Positions 48,169-58,105 of a DNA stretch of 60,245 nucleotides are shown piece by piece. The stretch is from Candidatus Spechtbacterales bacterium (GTDB lineage Bacteria; Patescibacteriota; Minisyncoccia; Spechtbacterales; 2-12-FULL-38-22), in NCBI GenBank assembly GCA_040879145.1, contig JBBDKX010000038.1, positions 1-60,245 on the forward strand, given 5' to 3'. A model generated the notes under the pieces. It did not search any database and was not told where the DNA came from. It worked only from the letters and a program-made list of their open reading frames with translations. Numbering within the stretch: the stretch's first letter is position 1; every line of letters starts with the position of its first letter. The position numbers were made by a program, and so were the translations under genes.

Positions 48169-49833
48169 TTACAATGTACCCAGAACCCTTTCAACCTCTT
48201 TGTAAGAAGTTGTGCCCTCTAATATTCTTATAACTGCATCTTGTTTTAAATTTGTCATTCCCTCCTCTTTGGCCAATTGCCGTATTTCTTCTTCGGAAGG
48301 GTTTTCCATTATTTTTTCCTTTATCTTTTTTGTTGCAACTACTATTTCAACAATAGCTATTCTGCCTTTATATCCTGTGTGTCTGCACTCTACGCATCCG
48401 CCTGGTGACGGGGTGTGTATGGTCGCGTCGGGTGTTAAGGGAGAGTGAGGAATTTTTTCCGGTAAATCTTTTAATATTTTTTGAAATAGCTCATATTCTT
48501 CATCTGTTATGGTTTTCCCTTGCTTACATTCACCACATAGCCTTCTTACAAGTCGTTGTGCAACAGAAGCAGAAAGTGCAGAGGCAATGGTAGACGGGTC
48601 GCCACCAAGGTCTGTTAAACGCGGAGCAGTTCCCGCTGCGTCTATTGTGTGTAAAGTACTCATGACAAGTCTTCCTGCCAGAGCCGCCTGCATCGCAGCA
48701 TCGGCTGATTCAAGGGTCCTTAGCTCGCTTAAGAGCACAATGTCAGGGTCTTGCCGTAAAATAGCACGCAGACCGGTTTCAAAAGTGTACTCCTTATGTG
48801 GGTTTACCTGTGTCTGAGTTATTCCGGGAAGATGATACTCTATAGGGTCTTCTATTGTAATTACTTTTAACTCTCTCTCTTGTAAAAAACGCAAACCTGC
48901 ATACAGGGTGGTTGTCTTACCGGAACCTGTTGCTCCTGTGATGAGCAGAAAACCCTGGGGTTGTTGTAACTGATTTTTTAATTCTTTTTCTAAATCAGGG
49001 CGTAATCCAAGTTCTGAGAGGGATAATAAAAATTTAGGGTCTAAAACTCTTAAGGCAATATCTTCATTGTATTCACTTGGAATTATTGATATTCTGGCTT
49101 CTATTTCTCTTTCTTCAAATAGTATTGAGAACCTTCCTTCCTGGGGTTCGTCATGAACATTTAGTTTTAAGCTGGAAAGAAGCTTAATGCGCGAAAGGAT
49201 TAATTTGTATAAGTGCTCGTTTATTGTCGCTACCTCGTACAGCATTCCATCTATTTTAAGCCGGATGTCTGTTTTTCCACGCTGGGGTTCTATGTGTATA
49301 TCTGTTGCATCAAAAGCAAGAGCCGCGCTTATTAAGACCTCAAACGCATGAGACGCGTTTATATCTTCTATGTCGCTTAGAAGGATATTAATGTCGTTTA
49401 TCTCTTTTAGTTTGCTTTTAAATCTTTCAAGTGTGCTTGGGTCTATACTTACAGATCCGGTTATGTCTGCCGCTTTCCCGGATGTGTTTTTTGGGTATTT
49501 CTCCCAAACCTCTTCAAGGCTACTGTGTGACACAACAACAAGACTTATATTGCGATAAGTTTTTTTAAGTTCATCGAGCGCCTCTTTTGTTTTGGGGTCT
49601 TTGGGATCCTGAAGAGCAACTTTTATAGACTCTCCCTTTTTATAAATTATAGCAATATTTGCTTCACGAGCTTTTTCTTCTTTAAACAGCATCATGGCCT
49701 CCTCTTGTATCGGTGTCATAGAAAGATTAGCATAAGTCATTCTGTAAGCCTCCGCCCTTTGTTGGGCGACTCTCTCCTCATCTTCTCTCTGAATGTTGTT
49801 TAAATTGTTTTTAGGGTAGAGCTCATCAGACAT
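48169..49833 (-). CDS. pilB: GspE/PilB-family type II/IV secretion or type IV pilus assembly ATPase
   Basis: It has Walker A GATGSGKTTTLYA, ITIEDPIEY, DPDIVLLSELR and the tetracysteine region CGEC...CVECRHTGYKGRIAI. Confidence 0.85.
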   Translation of the reverse strand: MSDELYPKNNLNNIQREDEERVAQQRAEAYRMTYANLSMTPIQEEAMMLFKEEKAREANIAIIYKKGESIKVALQDPKDPKTKEALDELKKTYRNISLVVVSHSSLEEVWEKYPKNTSGKAADITGSVSIDPSTLERFKSKLKEINDINILLSDIEDINASHAFEVLISAALAFDATDIHIEPQRGKTDIRLKIDGMLYEVATINEHLYKLILSRIKLLSSLKLNVHDEPQEGRFSILFEEREIEARISIIPSEYNEDIALRVLDPKFLLSLSELGLRPDLEKELKNQLQQPQGFLLITGATGSGKTTTLYAGLRFLQERELKVITIEDPIEYHLPGITQTQVNPHKEYTFETGLRAILRQDPDIVLLSELRTLESADAAMQAALAGRLVMSTLHTIDAAGTAPRLTDLGGDPSTIASALSASVAQRLVRRLCGECKQGKTITDEEYELFQKILKDLPEKIPHSPLTPDATIHTPSPGGCVECRHTGYKGRIAIVEIVVATKKIKEKIMENPSEEEIRQLAKEEGMTNLKQDAVIRILEGTTSYKEVERVLGTL

Positions 49834-49885
49834 ATTATTTACATACTATATTGATTTTGAGCTTAATACAATATTGACCCCCACA

Positions 49886-50824
49886 TTAAAGTGTTGCAGA
49901 AATCTCTTTTGCAGCTTTATGTGTCGCGGTTTTTATGGCGTGTCCGGAGCGGAGCTGCATAATACATGAGGAGTTTTTTAGCGCCACACCTCTTGTTTTA
50001 GAAAAGTTTTTTAAAAAATCAGGACTTAGCGCGTGTATAAGAGCAATGTTTTTCCCGGGCGCATGTTCTATTCCCAGTATAATAATATTTGCCTGATTAA
50101 AATTATTTTTTAGTTCGTTTATTAAGGAGGCTCCAAGACTTTTATTAAAGCTATTTTTTTTAATATCGCTGTATTCAATAAAACTCCAGCCTATTTTTTT
50201 GTCTTCAACGTAGGAAAAATTAGCTATTACAGAACCCCACAATTTTATAGTTTCCATGGGCTTTGTTTTGTATAAGTGCTGTACTATTAACTCGTTTTTT
50301 GCTTTTTTTGATGTAAGATAGGCTGAAATAAAAAGGGTTTGTGGTTGAACATTCGGGTTTTGAAAATTTTGTGTTGAAGAAACAATCCCAGACAGAAGCG
50401 CTGTTGCAACAACATCTGTTATATAATTTGCATCTAGTTCTTTTAAGGCGCGAGTTAGTTTTTCTGAAGCCGTGTCCGGGGGGTTTCCTGAATGTATATT
50501 TAAAACATTGTTAGCAGTTGTGTGTTCAGGCATAAACATGCGATAACGCTCTTCGTTTGTTACACCCACAAAGACAGTGCCGTCGTGTTTGGGGAACTCT
50601 TTGTACTGCCCTTCGGTAAATTTTTGGATATTTAAAAAACGAAGCTGTTCAGGCAGGTTTTGACCTGTAAAATATATAGAAACATTTTTCCCCTCTTTTT
50701 TTGCGACCAGCGCCAAGGCATAAGAAGATACAAGGTTGTCTATTTTTTTATCATTGCCCGCAACAATGAGTATATTTTTGCAGGCATCTATAAAGTTTTT
50801 TAATGATAGTGAAAAATTATTCAT
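49886..50824 (-). CDS. DHH/DHHA1 (NrnA-like) fold protein with degenerate catalytic motifs
   Basis: The length and motif spacing are NrnA-like. However, ILIVAGNDKKIDNLVSS replaces H..PDGD..GS, LLSGIVSSTQNF replaces DTG.F, and RSGHAIKTA replaces GGGH..AAG. Confidence 0.4.
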   Translation of the reverse strand: MNNFSLSLKNFIDACKNILIVAGNDKKIDNLVSSYALALVAKKEGKNVSIYFTGQNLPEQLRFLNIQKFTEGQYKEFPKHDGTVFVGVTNEERYRMFMPEHTTANNVLNIHSGNPPDTASEKLTRALKELDANYITDVVATALLSGIVSSTQNFQNPNVQPQTLFISAYLTSKKAKNELIVQHLYKTKPMETIKLWGSVIANFSYVEDKKIGWSFIEYSDIKKNSFNKSLGASLINELKNNFNQANIIILGIEHAPGKNIALIHALSPDFLKNFSKTRGVALKNSSCIMQLRSGHAIKTATHKAAKEISATL

Positions 50825-50906
50825 TGTAATGTTGTTGTTTTTGGTTAATAATCTAAAATACAGGATATTGTCGGGCGTGTCAAAGCTTTTTACTTAAATA
50901 AAATTT

Positions 50907-51380
50907 ATGAAACAAAAAATATTTAAATCAGTATCCGTAGAAGAAACTAAAAAAATAGCAGCACATGTTTTAGATGTTTTTTGGGATAAAAAAAGAAGCA
51001 ATGCTTTAGTTGTCGGCTTAACAGGCGAGCTTGGGGCAGGGAAGACACATTTTGCGCAAGGGGTTGCAGAACATTTAGGCCTTAAGCGAAATATAACAAG
51101 CCCAACATTTGTTATAATGAAGAAGTATGGTGTTAAGAAAGAGAATTTTAACACCAAAAAATTCTCTGATGTTAACTACTTGTATCATTTTGACTGTTAT
51201 CGTGTTGGTTTGTCAAAAGAAGTACAGGATATCGGTTGGGATGAGATAGTATCTAATCTCGACAATATAGTTTTGGTTGAGTGGGCTGAAAGAATTAAAA
51301 CTATTATGCCGGATAATTCCATATATATATCTATAGAAAACACAAGCGAGGACAGTAGGGTGCTTACTGTAAGTTTTTAA
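50907..51380 (+). CDS. tsaE: tRNA t6A biosynthesis ATPase TsaE
   Basis: GLTGELGAGKTHFAQGVAEHLG, SPTFVIMKKY, LYHFDCYR and VLVEW are canonical TsaE/YjeE motifs. Confidence 0.85.
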   Translation: MKQKIFKSVSVEETKKIAAHVLDVFWDKKRSNALVVGLTGELGAGKTHFAQGVAEHLGLKRNITSPTFVIMKKYGVKKENFNTKKFSDVNYLYHFDCYRVGLSKEVQDIGWDEIVSNLDNIVLVEWAERIKTIMPDNSIYISIENTSEDSRVLTVSF

Positions 51381-51471
51381 GGCAGTATTCTCAAAAGACA
51401 CGTTCAATATTGGACATGTCTTTTATTTGTCCGAAAAGTTCTAAGTAAGTGTGGTAAAATAAAGTAAATAT

Positions 51472-53679
51472 ATGCCGAACAACAAAAAAATATTTTTAGT
51501 TGTAGACTCTAACTCCCTTTTTCACCGCGCTTATCATGCACTACCCAGGTTAATGACCCAAAAAGGTGAGTTAGTAAACGCTGTTTATGGGTTTAGTACA
51601 ATTTTAATAAAAGCTCTAAAAGATTTTAAACCGGACTATTTGGCGGCAGCTTTTGATGTTTCCGGACCCACATTTCGTGACAATGAATTCGATGCGTATA
51701 AAGCCACGCGAGATAAAGCGCCTGACGAACTTTATGCGCAAATACCCCGGATTAAAGAGATGTTAGAGGCCTTTAATGTTCCTGTCTATGAAAAGGAGGG
51801 TTTTGAGGCAGACGATGTTATTGGGACAATTGCCGCAAAATTAGAAAAAGAACATTCGGACATACACACAATTATAGTAAGCGGTGATTTGGACACACTT
51901 CAGCTGGTTTCCAAAAGTACCAGTGTTTATACAATGAAAAAAAGTGTTACCGAAACGGTTGTTTATAATGTAAGGGCCGTGAAGGAAAGGTTTGGGTTAG
52001 ACCCAAAACAGCTTGCAGATTATAAGGGGCTTCGCGGAGATACTTCAGACAACATACCCGGAGTACCGGGGATAGGTGAAAAAACCGCTTCAATTCTTCT
52101 TCAAAAACATGAGAATCTGGAAAAATTATATGATGCTGTTGAAAAAAATAAAGAGATAGGTGTTAGCGATAGGATAAAAAAACTTCTCGTAGAGCATAAA
52201 GAACAGGCCTTTTTCTCACGAATGTTGGCTCAAATCCGTCTGGATGTTCCTATAAATTTGAGTGTTGAACACGCAAAGTGGGGTGGTTTTAACCCTGTAA
52301 AAGTTGAAGAGTTGCTTAAAGAGCTGGGATTTAACAGGTTGATAAGCAGGTTGGGTGAGTTAGAGGGCTTTGAGGCAAAAGATGCAGATTCGGGGGATAA
52401 AAAAGAGGGTGGAAGAGAAGCGCAGCTTGTGCGTGAAATTGAAGATGCCAACGAAGCGGGGCTTTTATCTGACTATTTGTATAAGATTGAGAAAGAGTTA
52501 GTGTCGGTTATTTTAAAAATGGAAGAAAATGGAATAAAAATAGATAAAAAATCACTTAATAAGCTGCGGGTAGAGCTGGAAAATCAACTTGGCGCTCTTG
52601 AGAAAAAAATATACAGAGAAGCGGGGCAAGAATTTAATATAAATTCACCTCAGCAGTTGTCGGATATTCTTTTTGAAAAACTTGAAATAAGCACCAAAGG
52701 CATTAAAAAAACTCCAGGAAAAAAGATTTCAACTGCAGCAAGCGAGTTAGAAAAAATAAAAAATACACATCCGGTGGTGGATATGGTTTTAGAGCAGAGG
52801 GAGTTGCAAAAAATGCTTTCCACTTATATACACCCTCTTCCGGAGCTTGCTGATGAGAATAGCCGCATACATACAACTTTTCAACCAATGGGCACTACAA
52901 CAGGGAGGCTTTCAAGCAAGAATCCTAATATGCAAAATATTCCAATAAGGGGTGAGTTTGCGAAAAAAATTAGAAACACCTTTGTTGCGGATAAGGGCAA
53001 TCTTTTGTTGGCATGCGATTATTCTCAAATGGAGTTAAGGGTTGCGGCACATCTTGCAAAAGATAAAAATATGATAAATGTCTTTAAAAACGATGAAGAT
53101 ATTCATATAAATACGGCCGCCCTTGTTTTTGGCGTACCCAAAAAAGAGGTAACAAAAAAAATGCGCTACGATGCTAAAGCTTTAAATTTTGGCATAATTT
53201 ATGGAATTGGTCCTCGCGCGTTTGCTCAAAGCGCTGGCATAACTTTTGACGAGGCCCAGGAGTTTATTGATAAATATTTGAAAGTTTTTGATGGTGTTGC
53301 TGCATACATGGAAGAGACAAAAGAAAAGGCCTATAAATTAGGGTACGTGGAGACAATGTTTGGCAGGAAAAGGTTTCTTCCTGATCTTAAATCTCCAAAC
53401 CCCATGCACCGCTCAATGGCGGAGCGCGCCGCAATAAATATGCCCGTGCAAGGCACAGCGGCCGATATTGTAAAAATTGCCATGATAAAGGCCTACAAAG
53501 ACCTTAAAAACATAGACATACTTTTGCAGATACATGATGAATTGTTGTGGGAAGGGGACAGTGATACAATAAAAAAGACAGCAGAACACGCAAAAGATAT
53601 ACTTGAAAACGCGGTGGAGTTATCCGTTCCCTTAAAAGTGGAATATAAAATAGGCGAGTCTTGGGGAGAGATGAAGTAA
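51472..53679 (+). CDS. polA: DNA polymerase I (5' nuclease plus polymerase; short middle region)
   Basis: The 5'-nuclease N-terminus reads VVDSNSLFHRAYHA...GDTSDNIPGVPGIGEKTA. The polymerase motifs are A (DYSQMELRVAAHLA), B (RYDAKALNFGIIYG) and C (QIHDELLWE). At only 735 aa the 3'-5' exonuclease region is reduced. Confidence 0.9.
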   Translation: MPNNKKIFLVVDSNSLFHRAYHALPRLMTQKGELVNAVYGFSTILIKALKDFKPDYLAAAFDVSGPTFRDNEFDAYKATRDKAPDELYAQIPRIKEMLEAFNVPVYEKEGFEADDVIGTIAAKLEKEHSDIHTIIVSGDLDTLQLVSKSTSVYTMKKSVTETVVYNVRAVKERFGLDPKQLADYKGLRGDTSDNIPGVPGIGEKTASILLQKHENLEKLYDAVEKNKEIGVSDRIKKLLVEHKEQAFFSRMLAQIRLDVPINLSVEHAKWGGFNPVKVEELLKELGFNRLISRLGELEGFEAKDADSGDKKEGGREAQLVREIEDANEAGLLSDYLYKIEKELVSVILKMEENGIKIDKKSLNKLRVELENQLGALEKKIYREAGQEFNINSPQQLSDILFEKLEISTKGIKKTPGKKISTAASELEKIKNTHPVVDMVLEQRELQKMLSTYIHPLPELADENSRIHTTFQPMGTTTGRLSSKNPNMQNIPIRGEFAKKIRNTFVADKGNLLLACDYSQMELRVAAHLAKDKNMINVFKNDEDIHINTAALVFGVPKKEVTKKMRYDAKALNFGIIYGIGPRAFAQSAGITFDEAQEFIDKYLKVFDGVAAYMEETKEKAYKLGYVETMFGRKRFLPDLKSPNPMHRSMAERAAINMPVQGTAADIVKIAMIKAYKDLKNIDILLQIHDELLWEGDSDTIKKTAEHAKDILENAVELSVPLKVEYKIGESWGEMK

Positions 53680-53686
53680 GGTATTT

Positions 53687-54829
53687 ATGGTAAAAAAAGA
53701 AAAGAGACGAGTTAAAAAACAAAGCAAATTGCGTACGCGGTTTACGTTTTTGTTCGCGGGGAGCTCACTTTTGCCTTTGGTTGTTATTATTAGCATTATG
53801 GAGTGGTGGCCCTATATTCTTGCGGATGACAATGCACTGTTTTTTGTCGGAGCACTTTTTGTTGTATCTATTTTGTTCGCGGTATTTTTTAGCAGTATTG
53901 CATCAAGGAGCATTGTTAAACCAATTGAGGACCTACGCAAAGCCGCAGAGCAGTATGAAAAGGGTAATTTTGATTTTCGTATAAGCGCGGAAACGCATGA
54001 TGAGCTTGGAAAATTGGCGGAAACCTTTAACGAGATGGCGGAGAAGGTTACACAGATGTATGCGCGTGAAAAGTATATCTCTGATATGAAATCTGAGTTT
54101 ATTTCTATAGCAGCACACCAAATGAGAACTCCGTTGTCCGCTATTCGCTGGACACTAAGTATTATTGGAAACGGGAGTATGGGTCCGCTTACGGAGAAAC
54201 AGAAAGATGCTTTGCGTCAGGGCACAGAGGTTTCCGAGCACATGATACGTCTTGTTAATGATCTTTTGAATGTTTCGCGCATTGAAGAGGGGCGTTTTGG
54301 ATATGATTTTAAACAGGCCTCTATTGTAGAGGTTGTAGAGGAACTCATAAAAGAGGAGAACATAAAAGCCGAGGAAAATGATGTAAAACTTGTGTTTCGT
54401 AAGCCAAAACAGAAACTCCCGGATATACTGCTTGATACTGAAAAAATGAGAATAGCACTAAGTAATATTATAGACAATGCTATTAAGTACAGCCTTCCCG
54501 GAAAGAGCGTGGACATAGGCGTGGGTGTGCGTAATAGTCAGATAATAGTAGCCATAAGAGACCACGGTATCGGTATTCCCGAAAAAGATATACCCCGTCT
54601 TTTTTCTAAGTTTTTTCGTGCGGAAAACGCCTTGCGTCTTCAGACATCGGGTAGTGGCTTAGGGCTTTATATAACAAAAAACATAGTTGAACAGCACGGA
54701 GGAAAGCTTTGGGCTGAATCAGAACAAAATAAGGGTTCTATATTTTATTTTAGTCTGCCTATTCATAAAGAAAAAAAGGGGGAGGTGGTGGACGAGAAAG
54801 AGTTCACAGAGTTTCTGGAAGACTTATAA
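53687..54829 (+). CDS. Sensor histidine kinase (2 TM, HAMP, HisKA, HATPase_c)
   Basis: It has the H-box FISIAAHQMRTPL, N-box IIDNAIKYS, G1 DHGIGIP and G2 GSGLGLYI. Confidence 0.85.
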   Translation: MVKKEKRRVKKQSKLRTRFTFLFAGSSLLPLVVIISIMEWWPYILADDNALFFVGALFVVSILFAVFFSSIASRSIVKPIEDLRKAAEQYEKGNFDFRISAETHDELGKLAETFNEMAEKVTQMYAREKYISDMKSEFISIAAHQMRTPLSAIRWTLSIIGNGSMGPLTEKQKDALRQGTEVSEHMIRLVNDLLNVSRIEEGRFGYDFKQASIVEVVEELIKEENIKAEENDVKLVFRKPKQKLPDILLDTEKMRIALSNIIDNAIKYSLPGKSVDIGVGVRNSQIIVAIRDHGIGIPEKDIPRLFSKFFRAENALRLQTSGSGLGLYITKNIVEQHGGKLWAESEQNKGSIFYFSLPIHKEKKGEVVDEKEFTEFLEDL

Positions 54830-54896
54830 AATGTGTACAAGATATATAAATAGTGCTTAGGGAGTGGAAAATAGTAATTGTGGTATACTAAAAAAC

Positions 54897-55709
54897 ATGG
54901 AAACAAAAGTACTGATAATTACAAGCGAAAATAATTTAGTTCAAGCTTTAACTCAGCAATTTGGTGTGGCTGGATATAGTGTAGATAGCGCCGCCAGTAT
55001 TGAAGAAGGTTTAATGAAAATGAAACTAAATAAACCAGGTTTTGTTGTTGTGGATATATCGGTTCCAAACATTGATGGTGTAAGCTTTATACAACAAATG
55101 AAACAAGCTTCATCACTATCGGCAATACCCGTTATAGCTGTTTTGGGGGCTGGACAAGAAGGTCAAGCCGATGCGGTTAAGCAGTCCGGCGCTAACGAGG
55201 TTATAACTCGTGCAGATGTAGAGCAAGGGGCTGTGCTTCAGAAAATTCAGGCACAAACAGGCGAATCTGTCGTGCCAACTCAAGGTGTGGCGAGTACCGC
55301 TTCCGACAAGGATATAATAATGTTTGTTGATGATGACCCATTTTTACATAAGATAATGACGGAACAGCTTCAGGAAAATCCTAACCTCGAGGTTATAAGT
55401 TGTATGGATGCTGAAACGGCACTACAAAAGCTACAAGGAGTAACCCCGAATCTTATTTTATTGGATCTCTTATTGCCTGGGATGAGCGGTTTTGACCTTC
55501 TGGTTAAAATTAAAAGCACGCCGGAATGGAAAGATATTCCGGTTGTAATACTTTCAAACTTTGGACAAGAAGAAGATATTCAAAGATCAAAAAAACTTGG
55601 CGCTGCAGAGTTTCTTATTAAAGCTCATTGCGTTCCCGAAGATATTATCGCTAAAATAAACGAAGTACTAAAAAAAATACAGGGTGGAAGTGCGGGACCA
55701 CTTGCATAA
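54897..55709 (+). CDS. Tandem receiver (REC-REC) response regulator without output domain
   Basis: The second REC is canonical (IMFVDDDP, LILLDLLLPGMSGFDLL, VVILSN, LIKA). The first REC (VLIITSEN, VVVDISVPNIDG) lacks the usual acidic pair at its N-terminus. The ATG at 54897 is preferred. Confidence 0.75.
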   Translation: METKVLIITSENNLVQALTQQFGVAGYSVDSAASIEEGLMKMKLNKPGFVVVDISVPNIDGVSFIQQMKQASSLSAIPVIAVLGAGQEGQADAVKQSGANEVITRADVEQGAVLQKIQAQTGESVVPTQGVASTASDKDIIMFVDDDPFLHKIMTEQLQENPNLEVISCMDAETALQKLQGVTPNLILLDLLLPGMSGFDLLVKIKSTPEWKDIPVVILSNFGQEEDIQRSKKLGAAEFLIKAHCVPEDIIAKINEVLKKIQGGSAGPLA

Positions 55710-55715
55710 TTTAAG

Positions 55716-55898
55716 ATGTCAAAGGTTTCAAAAACTCAGTTGAGTATGGTGTTTTTCTTTATAACAGGACTAAGTGTACTGAGCGCTGTTTGGTTTTTGG
55801 ATACAAAAACCGGACTATTTGTATGGAGGATTGCTAAGGTATTTTATTTTGCGGGTCTTGCGGCTTTTATTTTTAATCTTTTCACATCTAAAAAATAG
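55716..55898 (+). CDS. Small two-TM hypothetical protein
   Basis: A 60-aa ORF with two hydrophobic helices. Only ORF and topology evidence are available. Confidence 0.3.
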   Translation: MSKVSKTQLSMVFFFITGLSVLSAVWFLDTKTGLFVWRIAKVFYFAGLAAFIFNLFTSKK

Positions 55899-55903
55899 TA
55901 AAA

Positions 55904-56902
55904 ATGGAGATATCCGGCGAAATATCAAACATGCTAAGATTTTTAACCCAGGCCAGCCTGGCGGTTGCCGGAGCAGCGTGCCTTTGGGGGTATGTCTTTT
56001 CCAGAAAAGCTGCCACTGGGGATAAAAATAAGAAAAAATATTGGGATCTTTCAGCAGGATTATTTTTTCTTTTTGCGGGGAGTTTCTCCTTTTTTGTTGT
56101 TGGGTGGTGGTTTATGGCGTTGTTTGTTTACCCGACACTTATTTATGGACATGAAGGCGTGGTGCATACAACCCAGGATTTCATACGCGCGGGATTTCAG
56201 GCTGGCTTACCCATTGTTGTTTTGGCAACAATAACAGGGTTCGCCGGTATACTTGCTTTTATCAAAAAGGCAGAATACTTTAAAGGCATAGCTCATAAAT
56301 TTTTTGCGGTTCAATTTATACTTTTGAGTGTAATTCTCGCGCTCTCTTCGTATACAGGAACTGTCGGTAGGCTCCAGTTGTCTTATATTTTGCACAACTG
56401 GCATTCCATCATTACTCTTGGAACAGTTGTTGTTGTTGATTTTCTGTTTTTATACACCCTCCACAAGGACTCACTTAAGAGAGTTTTATATCCCGCCTAT
56501 CCTGTGATGAGCGCTTTTATATGGATTGGTCTTGGAATGGACTTTATAAGCTCCGGTCTTTTTAATAACTTTGACCCCATACATAATACACAGTTTGTGT
56601 TTAACCAGATAGTTATAGCTATAATTATAATGAACGGAGCTTTGCTTTCTGTGTATCTTAATGATGCTTTTACGTCGTTAATCAAAAAAACAAAAGTAAA
56701 CAAACCGAGCGAGGCATTGGAAGAAATAGTAAGAATATCAGGATCAGTTTCCATAGTTTCCTGGGTTACAATTACATTTTTAGATTTTACGAGAGTGTAT
56801 CTTGACTTAAACTATCTTTTTGCGATATATATGGGTCTGATTGCTTTGGCATACCTACTTAAACCAGCAGCTGAAAAATCAGCATCAAAGCTTTTTGCAT
56901 GA
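55904..56902 (+). CDS. Polytopic membrane protein, unknown function
   Basis: 332 aa with about 9 hydrophobic helices. It has an ATGA start/stop overlap with the next gene. Confidence 0.35.
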   Translation: MEISGEISNMLRFLTQASLAVAGAACLWGYVFSRKAATGDKNKKKYWDLSAGLFFLFAGSFSFFVVGWWFMALFVYPTLIYGHEGVVHTTQDFIRAGFQAGLPIVVLATITGFAGILAFIKKAEYFKGIAHKFFAVQFILLSVILALSSYTGTVGRLQLSYILHNWHSIITLGTVVVVDFLFLYTLHKDSLKRVLYPAYPVMSAFIWIGLGMDFISSGLFNNFDPIHNTQFVFNQIVIAIIIMNGALLSVYLNDAFTSLIKKTKVNKPSEALEEIVRISGSVSIVSWVTITFLDFTRVYLDLNYLFAIYMGLIALAYLLKPAAEKSASKLFA

Positions 56903-57942
56903 CTATTTCACGTAAAGACACAGTATTAATAATATTGTCCACATTACTCCTGGTTGTAGTCTCGGGAGTCTTTTATTTTGACCTCAATAAACCTCGCACA
57001 GTAGATGTTTTGCCGCAAACAGTGGTTAAGGAAGAGATAAAAAATGATCCACACCCACTTTCCGGTAAAAGGTGCGAGAACAGTACCACAAGACCTTTTG
57101 CTGTTATGTTGGCTGAAGACACCTCAACACGTCCTCTTTCCGGCATAGCAAAGGCAGATCTTGTGGTGGAAATGCCGGTCGTAAAGGACTCAATTACGCG
57201 AATAATGGCGCTTTACGCGTGTGAAGAGCCGGAAGCCATAGGTTCTGTCAGGTCAGCTCGGGATGATTTTATTCCTCTCGCCGCGGGATTTGACGCCATA
57301 TATGCCCACTGGGGAGGTTCTTCTTTTGCCTTGAAAGAATTGAATAAGGATATTTTAGATAATTTGGATGCCTTAATAAATCCAAACAACGTTTTTTATA
57401 GAAAGAGCGGTATTTTAGCGCCGGATAACGGTTTTACGTCTTACGCCCGCCTTTTAGAAACCTCTATTTTTTTAGACTACCGCTTAAAAACTGATTTTGA
57501 GGGATATCCGGATTTAGAAGAGTCCAGCCCAGAGATAGATACTCCTTCCACAATTTTTATATCGTATCCGAAACCTTTTGATGTTAGTTATATTTACAGT
57601 AAAGATAAAAATGAATACTTAAGATGGCGTGGTTCTAAGCCTGAGATTGATGCACTGGACGGCTCGCAGGTATCGGCAAAAGTCCTTGTTATAATGAAAA
57701 CAAGCACACGCCAGATTAACGCGGATTACAACGATGTAGATGTTACAGGAGAAGGGGATGCTGTAATTTTTCAAAACGGGGGAATGCAGAAGGTTAAGTG
57801 GGAAAAAAGCGTCGATTCAATATATAGCAAACTTAAGTTTTTAGACGCAAAAGGTAATGAGGTTCCGCTGGTTGCAGGTAATAAGTGGATTCACATTATA
57901 GATACATACACCCCGGTCTTGTGGGGGGACAACAATGTCTGA
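56899..57942 (+). CDS. DUF3048 (YerB-like) secreted/anchored protein
   Basis: It has an N-terminal anchor followed by RPFAVMLAEDTSTRPLSGIAKADLVVEMPVVKDSITRIMALY, which resembles the DUF3048 N-domain. Confidence 0.55.
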   Translation: MTISRKDTVLIILSTLLLVVVSGVFYFDLNKPRTVDVLPQTVVKEEIKNDPHPLSGKRCENSTTRPFAVMLAEDTSTRPLSGIAKADLVVEMPVVKDSITRIMALYACEEPEAIGSVRSARDDFIPLAAGFDAIYAHWGGSSFALKELNKDILDNLDALINPNNVFYRKSGILAPDNGFTSYARLLETSIFLDYRLKTDFEGYPDLEESSPEIDTPSTIFISYPKPFDVSYIYSKDKNEYLRWRGSKPEIDALDGSQVSAKVLVIMKTSTRQINADYNDVDVTGEGDAVIFQNGGMQKVKWEKSVDSIYSKLKFLDAKGNEVPLVAGNKWIHIIDTYTPVLWGDNNV

Positions 57943-57976
57943 TGAGTTTTTGCCCCACTTTTGGGTTGGGTTAAAG

Positions 57977-57996
57977 TTATCCACGAGTTATCCACA
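57977..57996 (+). promoter_or_regulatory. Two tandem DnaA boxes outside the origin region
   Basis: TTATCCACG is at 57977-57985 and TTATCCACA (perfect) at 57988-57996, about 110 nt upstream of the ORF at 58106. Confidence 0.55.
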
Positions 57997-58105
57997 GAAA
58001 ACAAACTCTTTTATCAAGGCGCAACTCTGCGCTATAGTTAGCTGTTTACAAAAAGAAAGTGTGGCGTTACACTATGTTTAGTTATTTACAAAAAGGAGGT
58101 TTGCA

